64,000 bases of DNA from Candidatus Bathyarchaeota archaeon (GTDB lineage Archaea; Thermoproteota; Bathyarchaeia; Bathyarchaeales; Bathycorpusculaceae), in NCBI GenBank assembly GCA_963777155.1, contig CAVZPM010000002.1, forward strand, positions 11,658 to 75,657. Direction: 5' to 3'. The translations under genes and the position numbers were made by a program. Below are positions 62,397 to 64,000 of this stretch, piece after piece. The notes beneath the pieces were generated by a model. That model searched no databases. It was given only the letters and a program-made list of their open reading frames with translations, and had not been told where the DNA came from. Each line of letters starts with the position of its first letter. Within the stretch, counting starts at the first letter, position 1.

Positions 62397-62425
62397 GTCG
62401 TCTGCTATTAGAAATGCGTTTATTG

Positions 62426-63313
62426 CTACAGTAATTTACCTTTTGCTATCAGCTGAACCTTTCCACCTACTTGAACTATTATTTTCTCTTCAAATTTGTC
62501 AGCTTTCAGGTAGAGAATGGAGGGTCTTCTGATTTCAAATCCTTGCTCAACTCTAATGTCTACCTTTGGCGAGCCGAAATACTGGTAATATGAGAGGTAT
62601 GCAGCTAGGCACCCGTTGCCAGAGCCAGTTGCCGGGTCCTCTGGAATGCCGAACGCGTCGACGAAAACTCGAACATTTAGGTTGTTTTCTTTTCGGTAAG
62701 TTTGAGGGCAGAAGACCAAAACTCCTGCTTGGACTTGCTTGGTCAGAGTTGGAAGGAGCGTTTGATTTACTATGGCTTTTTTCACTGCATCAAGATTTCT
62801 TAGAGGTACAATGACGAAGGGCAAGCCAGTTGAAACCACTTGAATAGGAAGATTAGGTTCAAACTCTGACGCGCTTAATCCGAGCAAATTTTGGAATAGC
62901 TCTCGAGGAAAAGTCTGGCCAAAGATCGGAGGTATTTGCTTCATCCAACAGATTTCCTCATTTTTCTGCAAGACTTGCTGGAATGTTACTTCGATTTTGC
63001 CCAATTCTAGGTTAAGAATTATCGTTTGACTTGGATTTTTTGCTAAAAAATGCCTGATAATGAACGTTGATCCTAAAGTTGGATGCCCGGCAAAGGGTAC
63101 TTCTATTGAAGGGGTGAAAAGGCGGACATCATAACCATTGTTTGTTTTCTTATTGGAAGATTTGATAAAAGCGGTCTCTGAAAAATGCATTTCGTTTGCT
63201 ATCTTTTGCATCTCTGATTCAGTCATTTTGCCAGCGTTAGCTATGACAGCGAGTTGATTCCCCGAGTACTTTTGTTCTGCAAACACATCGACGATGTAGA
63301 AGGTAGTGCTCAC
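62426..63313 (-). CDS. PhzF-family isomerase/epimerase (copy 2)
   Basis: Same motifs as copy 1; GTG start with GAGGAG SD-like site. Confidence 0.92.
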   Translation of the reverse strand: MSTTFYIVDVFAEQKYSGNQLAVIANAGKMTESEMQKIANEMHFSETAFIKSSNKKTNNGYDVRLFTPSIEVPFAGHPTLGSTFIIRHFLAKNPSQTIILNLELGKIEVTFQQVLQKNEEICWMKQIPPIFGQTFPRELFQNLLGLSASEFEPNLPIQVVSTGLPFVIVPLRNLDAVKKAIVNQTLLPTLTKQVQAGVLVFCPQTYRKENNLNVRVFVDAFGIPEDPATGSGNGCLAAYLSYYQYFGSPKVDIRVEQGFEIRRPSILYLKADKFEEKIIVQVGGKVQLIAKGKLL

Positions 63314-63419
63314 CTTTTTCTCCTCTTACAAACGATACTTTTCCTTTCATATAATAGGTTTTCAGTAGTGAAAGAAAAAGAGATTGGGAGGAAAAATTAG
63401 TATAAATGCGCGTGAACAT

Positions 63420-63497
63420 TGGCGGGTCCGACGGGAATTGAACCCGCGACCCTCGGATTAAGAGTCCGATGCTCTAGCCTGACTGAGCTACGGACCC
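63420..63497 (-). tRNA. tRNA-Lys (anticodon CTT), intronless, CCA encoded
   Basis: GGGTCCG TAGCTCAGTCAGGCTAGAGCA TCGGA-CT-CTT-AA-TCCGA GGGTC GCGGG-TTCAATT-CCCGT CGGACCC GCCA cloverleaf. Confidence 0.96.
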
Positions 63498-63731
63498 GCA
63501 CGATTCGCTTTTAAAAAAAGGTTCCATTGAGCAATATAGAGCTTGTGGTTTTGCCTTTGTAACAATATGCAGTAAAGACTGATACACAGAGACGCTCGAG
63601 ATTCAATTGTTTTTTATTATCGCGATTAAGTAACTAATTGCTATTTACTTCTGGATATAAAAAACTACGTATAATCGAATGCTTAAATATTTTCTTAATC
63701 CACTCAAACTAAGAGGAAACCACGATGCCGC

Positions 63732-64000
63732 ATGAGCGAAAAAATCGTCTTAAACCCAATCGGCTACGTTAAGACAATCGCTGTCGGAGATGAAGTTAAA
63801 GACAAAACCCTAATTTCCCAGATCGTCGTGCGCGAGGAACTGGTTGACGGTTTAAGCGGTATTTCCGGCTATTCGCATTTATTTGTTCTCTTCTATCTAA
63901 ACCAAATCACAGATGACCAGTGCAGAACTTTACGGGTTCATCCAAGAGGCAGAATGGATCTGCCGCTAACGGGTGTTTTTGCTGTTAGAACAATGCTGCG
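63732..64000 (+). CDS. tsaA: tRNA m6t6A37 methyltransferase TrmO/TsaA, N-terminal part (runs off window end)
   Basis: MSEKIVLNPIGYV...GLSGISGYSHLFVLFYL...RVHPRGR...TGVFAVRT. Confidence 0.88.
   Translation, partial: MSEKIVLNPIGYVKTIAVGDEVKDKTLISQIVVREELVDGLSGISGYSHLFVLFYLNQITDDQCRTLRVHPRGRMDLPLTGVFAVRTML

Larger units (their letters stand above)
59160..63313. repeat. Tandem direct duplication, period ~2081 bp, unit = PhzF + MFS
   Basis: 59160-61232 aligns to 61241-63313; gene boundaries are offset by 2081 (60315/62396, 60345/62426). Confidence 0.97.

Noticed and set aside
59160-63497. tRNA-Lys as attachment site of an integrated element
   Set aside because: No integrase and no duplicate of the tRNA 3' end noticed elsewhere in the window
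1-64000. CRISPR arrays, rRNA, transposases, inteins
   Set aside because: No periodic short repeats, rRNA-like sequence, transposase motifs or intein-sized insertions (e.g. in radA or valS) were seen

Overview
Archaeal chromosomal window, most likely Bathyarchaeia. This assignment is inference from the crenarchaeal-type single-OB SSB, archaeal RadA, archaeal HMG-CoA synthase, TATA-like promoters and T-rich terminators. It is mainly housekeeping: valS, metG, radA, SSB, Rqc2/NFACT, uvrBAC, Dbh/DinB, UDG, pncB, nadX, an Opp/Dpp peptide ABC transporter, tRNA-Lys(CTT) and a partial trmO/tsaA. Many genes carry scattered single-base indels that look like long-read consensus errors. Main findings: (1) a complete canonical TPP riboswitch (3386-3484, minus strand), rare in archaea, in front of a frameshifted thiT ECF S-component and an AIR-synthase-family (ThiL/PurM-like) gene; (2) a mevalonate-entry operon whose thiolase has lost all three catalytic motifs and whose DUF35 scaffold is fused to HMG-CoA synthase; (3) a CysRS paralog with altered Zn/cysteine-site residues and no anticodon domain (MshC-like); (4) a diverged ~2.08 kb tandem duplication of PhzF+MFS next to tRNA-Lys; (5) several palindromic operator candidates, inverted-repeat-bounded intergenic elements and small unannotated ORFs. 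No CRISPR array, rRNA or transposase was seen.
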